A stretch of DNA of 64,000 nucleotides from Octopus bimaculoides (GCF_001194135.2 NC_068984.1:500254-564253); one strand, 5' to 3'; shown: positions 48,661 through 62,439, numbered from the stretch's first letter. Notes: generated from the sequence alone by a model not told the origin. Program-made: numbers and translations.

Positions 48661-50039
48661 TGTTTGTGTGTTTAACCCCGTCACCAAATGGTACGATAGG
48701 AGAGAACGATTGAATAAAAGTACAAGACTTTATACTACAAGCCCGGGGGTTGATTCATTCGACTGAAAGTTCTTCGAGGTAATGCCCCAGCATGGCCGTA
48801 ATCTAATGTCTGAAACAAGGAAAAGATAAAAATATAAGACAAGTCCAAAATTATCCGCCCTTGCGCCATAACTTATCTTCATTATTGTCATGCTGCCTTC
48901 TGCGCATGCTTGCTTATATTTCGTACTATTGTGGTCACGTGATCGAAGTTTGAACCTGAGATTTGCCCTCGTATAATAGATATACAGGCACACACCAAAA
49001 TATGGAAATATAACAAGTACTGAAAATACTGAAAGGCACACACACACATACATATGTGACCCTGCCTAACTGTCCGAGTTTTCTTGCTATTACTTTAAAT
49101 ACATCAACAGTCAATCCATTTGTGACAATTGCAACGGAGAGCATAGTAAAAGATGCAATCGCCGACTTCGCACATTTACAGTAAGACTCTCAGCCATTTC
49201 TATGCTCTGTCAATCGTCTGTCGCTCTTTTGTTAGTGTTTATACTCACAGCATAGCCACATAGCAATTCTGTCTAAATTCTTCCTTAGCCGGCCACATTT
49301 CACACTCCTCTTCTATAACCACCATCAGCAACACAACTACGACCGCTGAAACTAGTACCACCAACAGTACCACCACTTCCGCTAACACTTCCATCACAAC
49401 CACCACAATCATGACGACAGCGGTGACCTATAATGTATTTGCTTGTTTATCACAATTTTATCGACCCCTGAACGATGAAATTGTATAATTGACCTCGGCG
49501 AGATTTGATCTTAAAACGTAAAGGTGAAGTAACGACATAGTGCAAGCCCAATACTCTGCCGAAGTTACCAATCGACCACCCATCGATTAATTAAAATTAT
49601 CTCAACTAAATTGTTACTTGTCATATGATAAGTAACTTGGGAATTATGCGTTTGCCATCGTGGGGAAACTTGATACAAATCAAATCATGATTATTGTAAG
49701 CATGCCCTATATTTTTATTATTTCCTGACCAGATCCAATTGTTTCTTAAAAAATAAAAAGTATATTCCTAGTAACTTGAAACGAGTTCAGTAATTTGAAG
49801 GTAAATATTTTATGAGGGAAAGAAGAATATAAAATGAAAAAGACGGGAGTATTTGAGATGCAGGGGCCATTACAGATATAAGACTATTTATTTAGGAGTA
49901 AGGACCAATATACACTCAATGACTACAAAGCGCCCCCGTCGGACAAAGAAGATTCTTATCGACTCCTTTATTACTGTTTATTGTAGTTTGACAGATAAGC
50001 ATGGCTGTGTAGATAAGTAGTGTTGGATGTGCGTTTATG

Positions 50040-50081
<42 letters not shown>

Positions 50082-50094
50082 GATGGATGGATGT

Positions 50095-50290
50095 GTGTGT
50101 CTTTGTCCCCTGCCAAAGCTTGACAATCGGTGCTGGTTTGTTTACGCCCTCAGAACTTTGCAGATCGGCAAAGAGACCGATCGAATAAGTATCAGATTTA
50201 AGATAAGTGCTGAGGCCGGTTTGTTCGATTAAACAGTTCAAAGCGATGCTCCAGAATGGCTGCAGTTCAATTATTAAACAAGTAAAAGAA
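50095..50290 (+). mobile_element. SINE family A 3' half starting at a (TG)n tract
   Basis: ctttgtcccc...gcttgacaatcggtgctggtttgtttacg...ggcaaagagaccgatcgaataagta. Confidence 0.8.
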
Positions 50291-51044
50291 AGTCTCCTTT
50301 TTTTTACATTAGACTCGATAGCGACGTTTCGCTTTCGTAATTGTTATTTATGTTGCCCAAATAATTCAGAGAATTTCCCTTCAGAAACACAAAGGACAAA
50401 CCTGATATCGCAAAGTAAACCTTTGTCTGCTGCTCTTTACAATAATAGTTTAGAATTTTTCTTATTGTTTAATCACTTTTAAAATTAAATTTCAACAGGT
50501 ATGGTTTAGTAACTTTTTAAAATAATCTTACTTTAAAATAACTTTACAGTAAACAATCAAATTTAAAAGATGAATCTTATGATTAAACTTTTAATATTTC
50601 ATGTGTTTCCCTGGAAAATTTTTATCTTCAAATCGGAGAAGTTTCACCAAGTTCTAAACTATAGGTTTGAGATTTTAATCATTGATAGAAACAAAGTCAT
50701 TAATTGCATTTTTAATGAATCAGTCTTTTTGATATATTGTGCTTTAGACGCTTTGATGTTATTAAATTTCGTGGAAGGAACTTCTTCTGAATGCCCAAAG
50801 GTTGTAAGCTTCTCAGCAACGATTAAGAGTTCTCTCGCTTCTCAGTGTAGCTTAGATCAATCCTAACCGTTGGATGAATTTGACTTTCACCGCCGAATCC
50901 TATCCCCAAGAAAACATAATTCTCAAACTTGGAATTGGTGGGGGTGTAGCTGACCTCGGATTACAAGTCAGGGCGTTGAAAGTGAGTCTTTGGACATACT
51001 GACATGTATGTAGGTGAGTACAATTACATTTGACGCGTTCGTGA

Positions 51045-51503
51045 ACATTCAGACGTAGAAAAATCTTCCCAGCGGAAACTTTTTTTCAGGAGAGAAATTT
51101 TCCTTATAGATAATGTGTGTGAAAACACTCTTCCTGGGCTATGAATGACGTCATCAGACCATAAGACACATGTTTCTGCGTCGTTACGCTCCATCAACTA
51201 ACGTCCATAGTCTACCAAGAACTGTTCTCATATTTAAGCAGTCAATAGAAAAACCGGCCTATACGCACGAGTCTCTAGAAACACAGGCCTTAACTGTTGT
51301 TCTTAGATATAAGAATCATCAATCTTATAATTCTGTTAAGGACAGATTGGGAATATGTAGCTGACGACGCCCAACAACACAGAAACGTAAACATCCAAAA
51401 GTCTGATGATGTCACTAATAACCCAATGTGTTTTCACACATTTTATGTGGAGGAAATTTCTTTTACAAATATTTCTACAGCGAAAGATCTCACGCCTGGA
51501 TAT
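51045..51503. mobile_element. Old MITE-like element with ~110-bp degenerate TIRs
   Basis: 51045-51159 (…gtgtgaaaacac…tgacgtcatcagac) mirrored by 51401-51503 (gtctgatgatgtca…gtgttttcacac…). Confidence 0.6.
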
Positions 51504-52904
51504 ACATGAACATCTTAAATATGACCACACACACGCACATATATATATACATACATACATGCATACATACATACATACATACATGCATTACATATAAGTA
51601 TGTGCACATATAAACGAGTGTATATAACAGCATATTCTTTTATCGTTTTATTTCTTTCAGTTCTCGCACTGCGGCCATACTGCAGCACCGCCTTCAAATG
51701 ATTTCACGTTGAATCTATAACTACTCCTTCCCTTCGATAACTGTGTGTTTATATAAAAGATTCTATATCTGTCTTGAAAATCATTGATTGAATTATATTT
51801 GAACAAAACTTAGAGAAGGCATTGTCAATGATTTTTTAAAAATCTACCATTCTTCCAGATATTCTGTTTCAAAGACATTGTTATTCCAAACTTTATACCT
51901 AAGTTAATCTGGTCTGAGATTTAATTAAATTTGCAATCAACTTATATCTCATTAAGTTTTCTGTTCGTGGCATTACTGTTATACAGATTTTTCAAATAAA
52001 ATATCGAGCTTGTCTACATACTTCTACACAGTCTGTCTTGTAGCAGTGACGTAGAAACAGCTGCGGGGGGGGGGGGAGAAACAGCCTCTTAAAAACACGA
52101 GTCAAAGAGGGGAACTAGCTAGAAATAGCTACCAATTTCCCCTCAAATCGCACCTTACTGTCTTTAAAAAATGACACATTGGTTGATGTAGTCCTCGATA
52201 TCTTATGCCTAATATTCGAGGGATTCACAGAATTGCTGAAGCATCAGATAAAATGCGTTGCAGTATGTGTTTTGGCTGTTAAGGCCCTGGGTTCAAAAGT
52301 CTCCACTGAAGACAGATTTGTCTCTTGTCCGCCCAGGGCCCATAAAATAAAATATCATTCCAAGAGTATGGAATTGTTATAACGTTTGGACAAAAATTCC
52401 TTGTGGTATTTCTCTCGGACTCACGTTTTTATGTTCACTTGCAACAAGACAAGTAGCAATACTTATATTTCTTTTGGGCAACATTAGTGGTGGGCAGAAA
52501 AGGGGTGTCTTTCATACACAAAAAGAAAAGAAAACAATCTTGCACTAACCATCTCTCTGGAGAGGAATTATCCAGGTTCGAATTCAGGGGTTAATCTTGA
52601 TCGGCAAACACCTAAGAACGGAAGAATGCAAAAAAAAAAAAAAAATGGTGGGCTGATCATCAATCTCCACTATCTGGAATTAAAACAAGGCCGACAGCTC
52701 TTGGTATGTGTAGTGAATTTGAGAGTGCATATGGCCAATGTTCTAAAGTATCAAGCATGTAAGCAAGAGGTCTGAGTTTCAAATACGGGACAACGAATGT
52801 TTAAGTGTTTTGGCTATTGACATAGATTCGAACCCTTGACAGTGCAATTAAATATAACATCGGGTGAATTACAGAGCAAATTATGAAGACGAATTAACGT
52901 TGGG

Positions 52905-53040
52905 CGTAGGTGCACTGTGTTAAGAAGTTTGTTTCCCAACCACATAGTTTCGGTTTGTGTCCCACATCGTGGCACCTTTGCAAAGTGTCTTCTGCTATAG
53001 CCCCGGCCCGATCATTGGCTTGTGAGGGAAACTGAAAGAG
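52905..53040 (+). mobile_element. SINE family A 5' part
   Basis: ggcgtaggtgcactgtgttaagaagtttgtttcccaaccac...gtggcacctttgcaaagtgtcttctgctatagcc. Confidence 0.75.
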
Positions 53041-53190
53041 GCCAGATTTTCTCATCATTCCTTTCTGTAGAACGGCGCAAGCTCAAAATGTTGAGGACTT
53101 CTTTCATTTTTCCTGAATGTCAAACTATTACACCTTGTTTGTTGCTCGCTCACCTGTCTCTGGTTTTTCGTTTTTGTATAATTTTGATCC
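53040..53190 (+). mobile_element. Penelope pLTR-like repeat (hammerhead motif decayed)
   Basis: tttcctgaatgtcaaactattacaccttgtttgttg matches the 59090-59130 copy. Confidence 0.6.
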
Positions 53191-53224
53191 ATATTCACAC
53201 ACACACACACACACAAACAAACAC

Positions 53225-53600
53225 AATGTGGAGATAGGAGAGGTGGAACATGCAACAACATCAACAACTTCAAATACTTGGAAAGTGGTTCCAACATAAA
53301 ATTCAAAATAAATGCAGATATGAACTGCAAAATGCAAAACCTGATATACTACATTACCTGTCCAAACTGGAAAAGAAAATTACATTGGCGAAACAAATAA
53401 TTCCTGGCAACATGCAAGAATCCACAGGCAACGTATCCGACAAGAGGAATTACACAAGGTTCCATTAAGTAAGCATCTGGAAATATGCGGCGACGGAAAA
53501 TTCAAACTTTTTCCCTTTTATAAATGTCCAGGGGAAGATCCGCGATACCAAAAAGCAATGGAACTGCATTTCATCAAAAAATTCTCTCCAAAGTTGAATG
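53225..53600 (+). mobile_element. Penelope GIY-YIG C-terminus
   Basis: NYIGET...RIHRQRIR...VPLSKHLEICGDGKFKLFPFYK...MELHFIKKFSPKLN. Confidence 0.8.
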
Positions 53601-53944
53601 TTTGAAAGAAAAGTGGAGACAGTACATTTTAACTACATTTCATCAAAAATCCCCTCCAAAATTGAAAGCTTGGAAGGGGAGACTACATTTTGTATTCTAA
53701 ATATAACTCAAAGAGGAGAAAAAGAAAGAAAGGAAAAAAGAGAAGGATATGGGAAGAGAGAAGAAAAGCAAAATGACTTTTAGTGATGACCAAACCATGC
53801 CTGTTTCTTTTTTTGTTTTTTGAAGAGGTCACCATCCTTAGACCCATTCCAATGCAATGGTAAAAGACTAAATAAATAAATGGTGAATAGGAAGGGGGAT
53901 ACCACTTCTCTCTCTCCCTCTACCTATCTGTCTGTCTGAGTGAA

Positions 53945-53975
<31 letters not shown>

Positions 53976-54218
53976 ATTTCTATCTATTCATCTCCATTGT
54001 CGAACGTCACCACAAAAAATAAAAACCGTGTTTCCTTCTAAATAAAACCCACCAAAAAACATCTGATTTATATAAATGAACAAGCTGTTTGTACATTCAC
54101 AAAATTTTGTTTGACAAGTTCGAGAAATGAACGAAAGCGTTAATAATAGTGAAGAAATAAAAAGATCTTTTTCCAAAATTCTGACGACTTTTTTTCTTAA
54201 TATTCAATTTCTGTACAT

Positions 54219-54269
<51 letters not shown>

Positions 54270-54369
54270 TAACTTGTAATATGATATTTTGTAAGGCACC
54301 TTTTATTAAATATACGTTTGAATATGTAATGCATGTATGTAAGTATGTATGTGTGTATATATGAAAGTG

Positions 54370-54980
54370 CTTTTCCGTATTTAATCATTTAAGTTCTTCC
54401 TTTGAGGAAAGAGTTGCTTTTTAAGAAGGATACAAAGCTCTAACCTTTGAATGTACATAACAAAAACAATATCGCATTTTAAACTTGAGAAAAGTCTTGC
54501 ATATATTCACTGTTCCACTTACAAATTGTATTTGTAATGTGCAAGTTAGTTGGTTGATTTCTTTTTGTAAAAAACCCTAGCTTATCCATAGTCACTTAAA
54601 CATTTACTCACAAAATCAATTGCACCAATTATTATTGGTTTAAATGTGAATTTATAATCTGGATATAGAAGCTGGTGGCTTTGAAGCAGTTGTCCATAGT
54701 TATCCTTTGTCTCTTTGATTTGCAAAGAGATATTCACATCAACAGGACAGCTGACTTCTATCACAGTACATATTTTTTGTCTGTCGCGCACAACAATATC
54801 TGGCCTGTTATATTTACACTTGGTAGATGTTTTGATGGGAATGTTTCACTGGTATTCCTTCTATATATGTGTCTTATTATTCAGTTTTATTTCAAGATTT
54901 CTTGCCAATAGAAAAAGAGCCGGTTTCTAACCCAGATCCAAGTCTCCTCCATAGGGATTTCAACATCAACAACAGGGTAT
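54370..54980 (-). mobile_element. REL LINE 3' end plus upstream terminal UTR piece (CATA-bounded type)
   Basis: KYNRPDIVVRDRQKICTVIEVSCPVDVNISLQIKETKDNYGQLL..LYPDYKFTFKPIIIGA. Confidence 0.9.
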
Positions 54981-55065
54981 TTTTGTATGCATGCACGTAC
55001 GTATATGTGTAGATTTGTATGTTTTGTTTTATGTATGTATTCTCATACATTTACCTGCATATATG

Positions 55066-55121
<56 letters not shown>

Positions 55122-55719
55122 AAACTAAATATGTTCTTTGTTTAAGATGGTAGAGTATAATTTGAGAGAGATTTGATTGCTATTTCTAGCATGTCGAGCG
55201 ATTGCGTGGTTTTGTTGTCCCATAATTTTAGTTTCGTTGTTATTGGTAATCAGTGTTTCGAATTACAAGAATTCCGATTTTGGTAGCGTTAGGTGCGAGC
55301 CCCCACCTCCACCCCACACCGAGTCTGCATAATATGCTGCTGTAAAGAAGCAAGAGAGCCTGTACTAAATATTCATCAATATCACAGTGTCACTTATAAA
55401 GGGGAATTACACACTCAATGGTCCCCCTTACCCTCAGCTGGACTTAGCTATTAAGGACACATTTACTGTGTTTGGTGATAGTGTGAAGATGATAGTTCAT
55501 CTCTCGGTTTTTTGCGTTCTGCTCCTGTCCCCTTGCCAGTTCAAGAATTCTCGGCCGACTTGTGTCGCTACTTGTGTAACTACATTGATGATTTGATTGG
55601 TGCCGAAACCAATCCTTTAACAAACATAACATTGCTCTTAGGACTATGACTGGGAAAATAATTATTTTCCATTCTTATCATACCAAAATATCAAGTTATA
55701 ATATCCTTTTTACAAAGCC

Positions 55720-55875
55720 TGAAATTTGAGTGAGGGGGTCTAGTCAATTACATGGACCCCAGTGTTCAACTGGTACTTACTTTCACGACCCGAAAGGAGG
55801 AATTCAGAACGTGAAGACGGACGAACTGCCGCTACGCATTTTGTCCGGCGTGCTAACGATTCTGCCATCTAGCCA
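55720..55875 (-). mobile_element. SINE family B
   Basis: Reverse complement of ggcagaatcgttagcacgccggacaaaatgcgtagcgg...ctttcgggtcgtgaaagtaagtacc. Confidence 0.8.
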
Positions 55876-57134
55876 CCTAATCCAACAGTTATATCATAAA
55901 TTAGTATTTAGCTGATGTTATTTGATTCTTTTATCCGAGAAGAAGATCGAGCGACAATGGGTCGCTGCAGCAGCTATGCTTATCACCAAAGATTTCAGTG
56001 CTGTAAGTAAAATGAAGCGTTTTCAATTGGTTTTGTTGTTGCTGTGTAACTGAGGTCTACCGTCATCCAATAGAACTAGCAACCTATCTCATTTTGACAG
56101 CGGCCCACGCCTTTCTCTACACAACGTTTAACTGATGTTTGTTATAGGACATTATTACCATATCAATAGAGATCGTGAAAACACACACACGTTCACTTAC
56201 ACACAAAAAGACACACATAAACATGAACTTATACGTATAGATTCTTACATTGAAATATTTAAATAAAAACTAGAGAGGAGGTTGAATGCGAATTCTATCC
56301 CACTGTGTTACATGGCAATGATATCTGCTGCTGTTTACAGTTTGAACGAAAAAGAAAATACGTTGACAAGAATTCGAAATACGTAATAGATTTTGACATT
56401 GAAGAGTTTTGTAAAATTATTTCCATGGAAGTGAAAGGCTTATATAAATATTGAAGAATGTTGTATAGTTCTATATGTCCACATTGAAACAGAATAATGG
56501 ACGTGAAGCATTGGGTACCCTGACAGTGTTCGGTCGATAAACTTTAAAGAAATTCAGCATCTACAGTTAACAGAACTGATAGAAGCACAACTGTGACAGT
56601 TTGATGAATATAAAGTATACCTTGTTAGAAAATAATAAAATAAAATCAAACGAGAACATTTATGAATCAAAGAAACGAAAACGAAAAACTGAAACAGATG
56701 AACATTGAAAGAGAAAAATGACGAACAAAAATTCAAGAACAAAAAAACAAACAATAGAAATTATACAAGACTCTAAGAATGTTGCCTGTTCTAAGACAGT
56801 TTCTGGAAAAATGACCTGCTTCCTTTGTGATGGAAAAAAGGAGTTAATTAGTTTTAGCTTGAAAGTGTTACCGTTTGTATTTCTTACGGTTATGGAGAGA
56901 GTCTTCCATAGAAGAAACCTTTAGCGAACGAACAAGAAGTAGAAAGAAGAACACAAAATGAAGATAATCTCATGATGTTGTTGTCACGAAAATCCTGTTT
57001 CCACCTGAAAGTATGTCAACTGGTGAGTTGAAGAAGAAGAAGAAGAAGATCCTGATTCAAGACGTTTCTAATGCCAACACTAAACATGATAAACTCAATA
57101 GACATTAATGTTAAGTAAGAATTAACTAAGAATT

Positions 57135-57137
<3 letters not shown>

Positions 57138-57177
<40 letters not shown>

Positions 57178-57365
57178 NNNNNNNNNNGAGAGAGAGAGAG
57201 AGAGAGAGAGGAGGGGAGGATAGACAGAGAGAGAGACAGAGAAACGGAGATAGAGAGGGAGAAAGAGAGACAGAGAGAGAAAATGAGAGAGTGGGAAAGA
57301 GACAGAGAGAAAAGGAGAGAGGGGGAAAGAGACAGAGAGAGAGGGAGAGAGAGAAAGAAAGAAAG

Positions 57366-57460
<95 letters not shown>
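57138..57460. repeat. Long (GA)n purine tract with a 10-N gap
   Basis: Direct inspection. Confidence 0.95.
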
Positions 57461-57463
<3 letters not shown>

Positions 57464-58107
57464 CGCTTTTAAATAGTCGATTGAACTGTTAAACTTATTA
57501 ACCAATTATTTCTTAGATTACAATCCGCCATTTTTTTTAAAAAAAGGACTTATTGGATAAAGCAGTCTGAAATAAATAATTTCTGAAATGATGGTCTCGG
57601 CTAGAACGCTCTTTATATCGTAAGTTTGGAACATCAGTGTTGGCCTGGGGGTTAAATAACAACAACGAAAATAGATCTGAAAGAAAAGAAAGTGCACAAG
57701 TACATCGAGGTATTTCACCCACACCAGATCTTGTAGCAAACCTGGAAATCTTGTACAAACATCGATATTTCCTATAAAACTCTGACAACATTGTGTAAAG
57801 AGGAGCAAAATCTTGTATAAAGCCGGAACATCTTGTATGCAACGCCCACACGTCTAAACACCGAAATTTGGTATACAATACTAACATCTAGAAAAGTACA
57901 TCGCGAAACAGATGCATAGATAGACAAAACTAGAATAGAATACAAATCACAAGATTCTCCTGGAAATTACAATAAACAAAGAAAACAACGAAGAAAACAA
58001 CACTAAATACTTAATAATGAATTTTGTGTTACATGTTTTTGTGAGGGAAACTAAGTTTAGAGGAAACTTGTAAAGATTTCCATAGAAGACACTTCCGATT
58101 TTCGCCT

Positions 58108-58145
<38 letters not shown>

Positions 58146-58240
58146 GTTGTTTCATAAATTTTCAAGTGATAAATGTGAATTCTAACGTTTCCTGTAAATC
58201 CTTCTTTCAGGGAAAAACATGGTGGATATAGTTACTTATT

Positions 58241-58438
58241 ATTTTATTTGTTTCAATCATTTGACTGCGGCCATGCTGGAGTACCGCCTTTAGTCGAGCA
58301 AATCGACCCCAGGACTTATTCTTTGTAAGCCTAGTACTTACTCTATAGGATTCTTTTGCCGAACCGCTAAGTTACGGGGACATAAACACACTAGCAGCGG
58401 TTGTCAAGCGATGTTGGTGGGGGGGGGGCAACACACAA

Positions 58439-58471
<33 letters not shown>

Positions 58472-58637
58472 CACGACGGGCTTCTTTCGATTTCCGTCTA
58501 CCAAATCCACTCACAAGGCTTTGGTCGGCCCGAGGCTATAGTAGAAGACACTTGCCCAAGGTGCCACGCAGTGGGACTGAATCCGGAACCATATGGTTGG
58601 TAAGCAAGCTACTTAGCACACAGCCACTCCTGCACCT
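58241..58637 (-). mobile_element. SINE family A, full length, internal (CA)n(TA)n
   Basis: Collinear with 30333-30713 and 45805-46131. Confidence 0.92.
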
Positions 58638-58891
58638 AGGTTTCTTTTTCTGTAAACAATGGACCATCTGGCGTCTAGGTCCCTCACATCTACATATGAT
58701 GCATCAATTCTTTTGAATTCGGAAACTTTACGTATAAGAACATCAAATACAACAGATATAGCAGCCGATGAAGTCACCATGTTATCTGTCTGTCTGTCTG
58801 TCTGTCTGTTTATCTAGCTAGCTAGCTGCCAGCTTGCCTGCATGTCTGCTTGTCTCTCTATACGTAAGCATGCATGGTTTTGCATGTATGT

Positions 58892-58935
<44 letters not shown>

Positions 58936-59009
58936 GTGTGAGTGTGTGTGTGCGTGTGAGTGTGTGTGAGTGTGTGTGTGAGTGTTTGACCACTGAAATC
59001 TGCAAGTTT

Positions 59010-59170
59010 TTTTCATTTTCTCTCTGTTTATTTTCTCATGTTGCTTTCTGCTGAAGAGCGTCGGTTTGAAACGTAAAAGACTTTTACATTTTTCCTGAGC
59101 GTCAAACTATTACACTTGTTTGTTGTTTATACACCTATCTTTATATTTTTTTCTATGTATTTCAACTATA
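59010..59170 (+). mobile_element. Penelope pLTR-like repeat
   Basis: Homologous to the 13.5, 17.4 and 53.1 kb copies. Confidence 0.65.
59044..59079 (+). ncRNA. Minimal hammerhead ribozyme motif (degenerate)
   Basis: cttt-CTGCTGA-a-gagc-gtcg-gttt-GAAA-CGT-a-aaag; A6 position is C, stem II has G-U pairs. Confidence 0.45.
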
Positions 59171-59174
59171 ACAA

Positions 59175-59500
59175 GAATTCAAGTCAGAAAATATGGGTAG
59201 TCGTATATTTGTCAATAGAGTGGGTATATTAATCAAAGTATATAGTATTTGATATCCTTTCAGGTTCAGATTTAGCAACCATAAGTCCTCTCTAATATTC
59301 AGCGGAGACGCAATGTCACAGCTCTAGATAGGCATGTAAAGTCACTGAAGGAAAGCGCCATAGTTAACAACATCAAGTGAAAGTGCTGGAGAAGTGCAAG
59401 CCTTACTTTAACAATAGTAGGAGATACAGAATATGCCTGAGCGAAGAAACCATTATGTTAAAAGGGCTTTCTTCACCAGAACACCTACTTAAACATTATT
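59175..59500 (+). mobile_element. Penelope GIY-YIG C-terminal remnant
   Basis: NVTALDRHVKSLKE...NIK*KVLEKCKPYFNNSRRYRICLSEE; same family as the 8.0-8.3 kb segment. Confidence 0.6.
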
Positions 59501-59879
59501 ATAGGAAGAAGGGGAGATAATAAAGTACTGGTGATCCGAAAATGAAGGTGCGCGTGCAGTTGTGTATGAGAGAGAGTGTGTGCGTGTGGATAGGGGCTAG
59601 GGACTACGACGTGTGGATGTGTGCGTATGTGTATGCGTCTGTAATGTGTAGGTATGTGGATGATGGTGTGTGGTGTGGGTGCTGGGAAGTGGTCCGTGCG
59701 AGTGTGTGTGGAATAGTATGGGGTGGTGTGATGTGGTGTGGTAGTATGGTGGTGTGTGGTGCGGTATGGGGATGTGGGGATGTGAGCGTGGAGTGTAGGT
59801 TTGGGGATGTGAGCGTGGGGTGTAGGTTTGGGGTGAGGATGTGGGTTTGGGGGAGTATGGAGGGGTATCAATGAAGAGA

Positions 59880-60980
59880 GAAGGTGGGTTGGAGTGAAGA
59901 GAGAAAGTAGGTGTCAGATGAAGAGAGGAAGGGAGGGGTGTTAAGCCTATATGGCGCAAAGGAGCGAAGAGAGAATATTAATTCCTGTTCACAGCGAAGG
60001 CGGGAGTCCGGATGAGCCCTGTGCAAAGACAATCCGAACACAGACCGGCGTTGTAATGAATGACCGATAGAGTGGAAGTGGTGCGAGACCGGGCGTCATT
60101 GTCGAGTCTGTGTCGGAGGTGCTCCGTGAACCGGTCAGCCCAGCGGTGTCCCAGTTGACCGATTTACAGAGAAGGGCAGAAAGAGCAGGCGTTGCAGTAA
60201 ATGACGTTGCTAGAAGTGCAGGTAAAAGAGTCAGTGATGTGATAGGGACGACGATGGGTGCCTGTGAGGATGGTGGTGTTGGAGAGGTAGGGGTAAGTGT
60301 GGCAGCGTGGGCAGGAGCAGGGGAACGAGCCAGGTTGGGAGGTGGGGTCAGGGAAGAAATTATAGACCAGGAAGAAACTATGGACCAGGGAGGTGGAGTT
60401 AGGGAAGAAACTATGGACATGTAGGTTGCGAGCTCGTTTGAAGGAGGGAAGGGGTAGGTTGGGGAAGATGTGCGAAGTGGAGGGGTCGGACTGGAGTCGC
60501 CGGAAGGCTCGGATAATGGTGCGTTGGAAGGGAAAGGCTATAAGGATGGTAGGTGAGGGGAAACGGGAGACAGGCAACGGAGGGGCAGGTGCAGGGAGAG
60601 AGAGAGAGCAGAAGCCTGGAAGTGCTCTGGCAAGGGTTGCGTGGATAGAAGTGAGGGGATATCCACGAAAGATGAAGAAGCGAGCCATGAGTTGAGACTG
60701 AATCTCAGAGTGATGGTTGTCACTGCAGAGCCTGCGCAGACGGAAGAATTGGGATGGAGAGCTTGGTGTGGGTAGGGTAGGAGGAGGAGGAGAAGTTGAA
60801 GTATAAGTGTGAGTTTGTAGTAGATGGAGGTAGTAAGAGCGGAATTGTTGACCGAAATGTCGAGGGAGACGACGGAAGTGCTGGAAATAGTGCAGGATTG
60901 GACAAAAGAGAGGAAGGAGTCTAGTTGTTCCTGGGAGTGTGAGGTCGCACCGATACAGTCATCAATATAACGACCGTATA
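59880..60980 (-). mobile_element. GC-rich Penelope-like element (RT catalytic region to GIY-YIG), frameshifted
   Basis: YGRYIDDCIG, QFFRLRRLCSD, FTCTSSNVIYC..C..CPS, DRFTEHLRH; 5' part lost in the gap. Confidence 0.9.
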
Positions 60981-61059
60981 NNNNNNNNNNNNNNNNNNNN
61001 NNNNNNNNNNNNTAGTGGATTCTCTTGTCGTGAGTGACAAATGAGGGTTCAGTAAAATA

Positions 61060-61185
61060 AAGTGTTAATCATGTTCTATGGATACAAATGTGTCTCTTGA
61101 GGCCTGCTGGTGCCTTGCAAACTTTTTGGCAAATGGAACAAGTCAAGGACTCAGTTTTCTCGAGTACGGATGGATAATTTACTAT
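61060..61185 (-). mobile_element. Probable RTE LINE C-terminal C2H2 finger remnant
   Basis: LTCSICQKVCKAPAGLKRHICIHRT*: single terminal finger, no TGEKP linker. Confidence 0.45.
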
Positions 61186-61572
61186 GTGTTTTCTTAAGTG
61201 GACGCCATACATACACACACAGAAACACACACACACACACACACACACAGAAACACACACACACACATGAAACTGAAGTCAGAGACGAAGCAGACCAGTT
61301 ATATACTAGAGGACTCAATACATTTTGAATTGTAAAGAAAACATTAACATTAAATTGCTTTTATTAAGCCCTAGATAGGAATTAAGATTTGAAGCTTATC
61401 TCACTTATATCCTGAAACAAAAGTACTATGTCCGTGTTATTCTGGTTTTCTAATTTTTTTTGTAAACAGTTAAACGCTATCCAGAAGATCTTATTCAAAT
61501 CTCTCTCCCTCCATCCCTCACACACATATCTATATATAAATACACAATGAACAAAAACAAGCAATAGATCAC

Positions 61573-61626
<54 letters not shown>

Positions 61627-62439
61627 GCGCACCACTCGAAACGTTTACCAAATACGAATACTGAGTCATAACAATTCTCACCTGAGGATCAGAGTGGATG
61701 AAACTGGTGAGAAACAAGATCAGGGACACGAACTCGCACTTTCAGTCTCAATTAAAAAATCTATATGTGTATGTGTGTATATATATATATGTATGTGTGT
61801 GTCAGTGCGCGCGCGGTGTGTGTGTGTGTCTGTGTAACGTTTGAAATGTTCAGATATGTGTGCATTTATATACCTTCATTCGCCGGCAGTATCTCACGCA
61901 ACTGAGTGACGCATCCTTGATACAGATTAGGGAACACTCATTCACACACACACTCATGCACATAATCATACACAGATACGTGCACATCAGCATACGCATT
62001 TCCCACATCACAAAAATGATGAGATGAAAAGAAGAGAAATCTAAAGAAATCACTGCTTTCTCTGATAAGTTTATGTGAGGGAAGAAAATAAGGAAAGTGG
62101 AAAAAGGGGCGGAGGAGGAGGAGGAGGAGGAGGCGAGATATTTGATTGAAAACCAACCAAGGAAAGTTTTACTTGTCAAAATAGAATAAATCCATTGAAA
62201 AGAAAAGAAGCAGGTTTCAGTTCAGTTTCTATACGTTATTAAAGGGGTCCGTGTGTATAAGATTTATAAGGGAAATCTATTAGAAATAATGATTTATAAC
62301 ATATAGGTAGTAGTAGTAGTAGTAGTAGTAATAGTAGAAATGATAATAGAATGATTTCTAACATATTTATTAAAAAGATTGACACAAAATTTGTAATAGG
62401 AGGAATAATACACTATAATAATAATAATAATAATAATAA

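Noticed and set aside
61069-61266. C2H2 zinc-finger host gene
   Set aside because: Single finger followed by a stop, no TGEKP linker, upstream frame is (TG)n; fits an RTE C-terminus better
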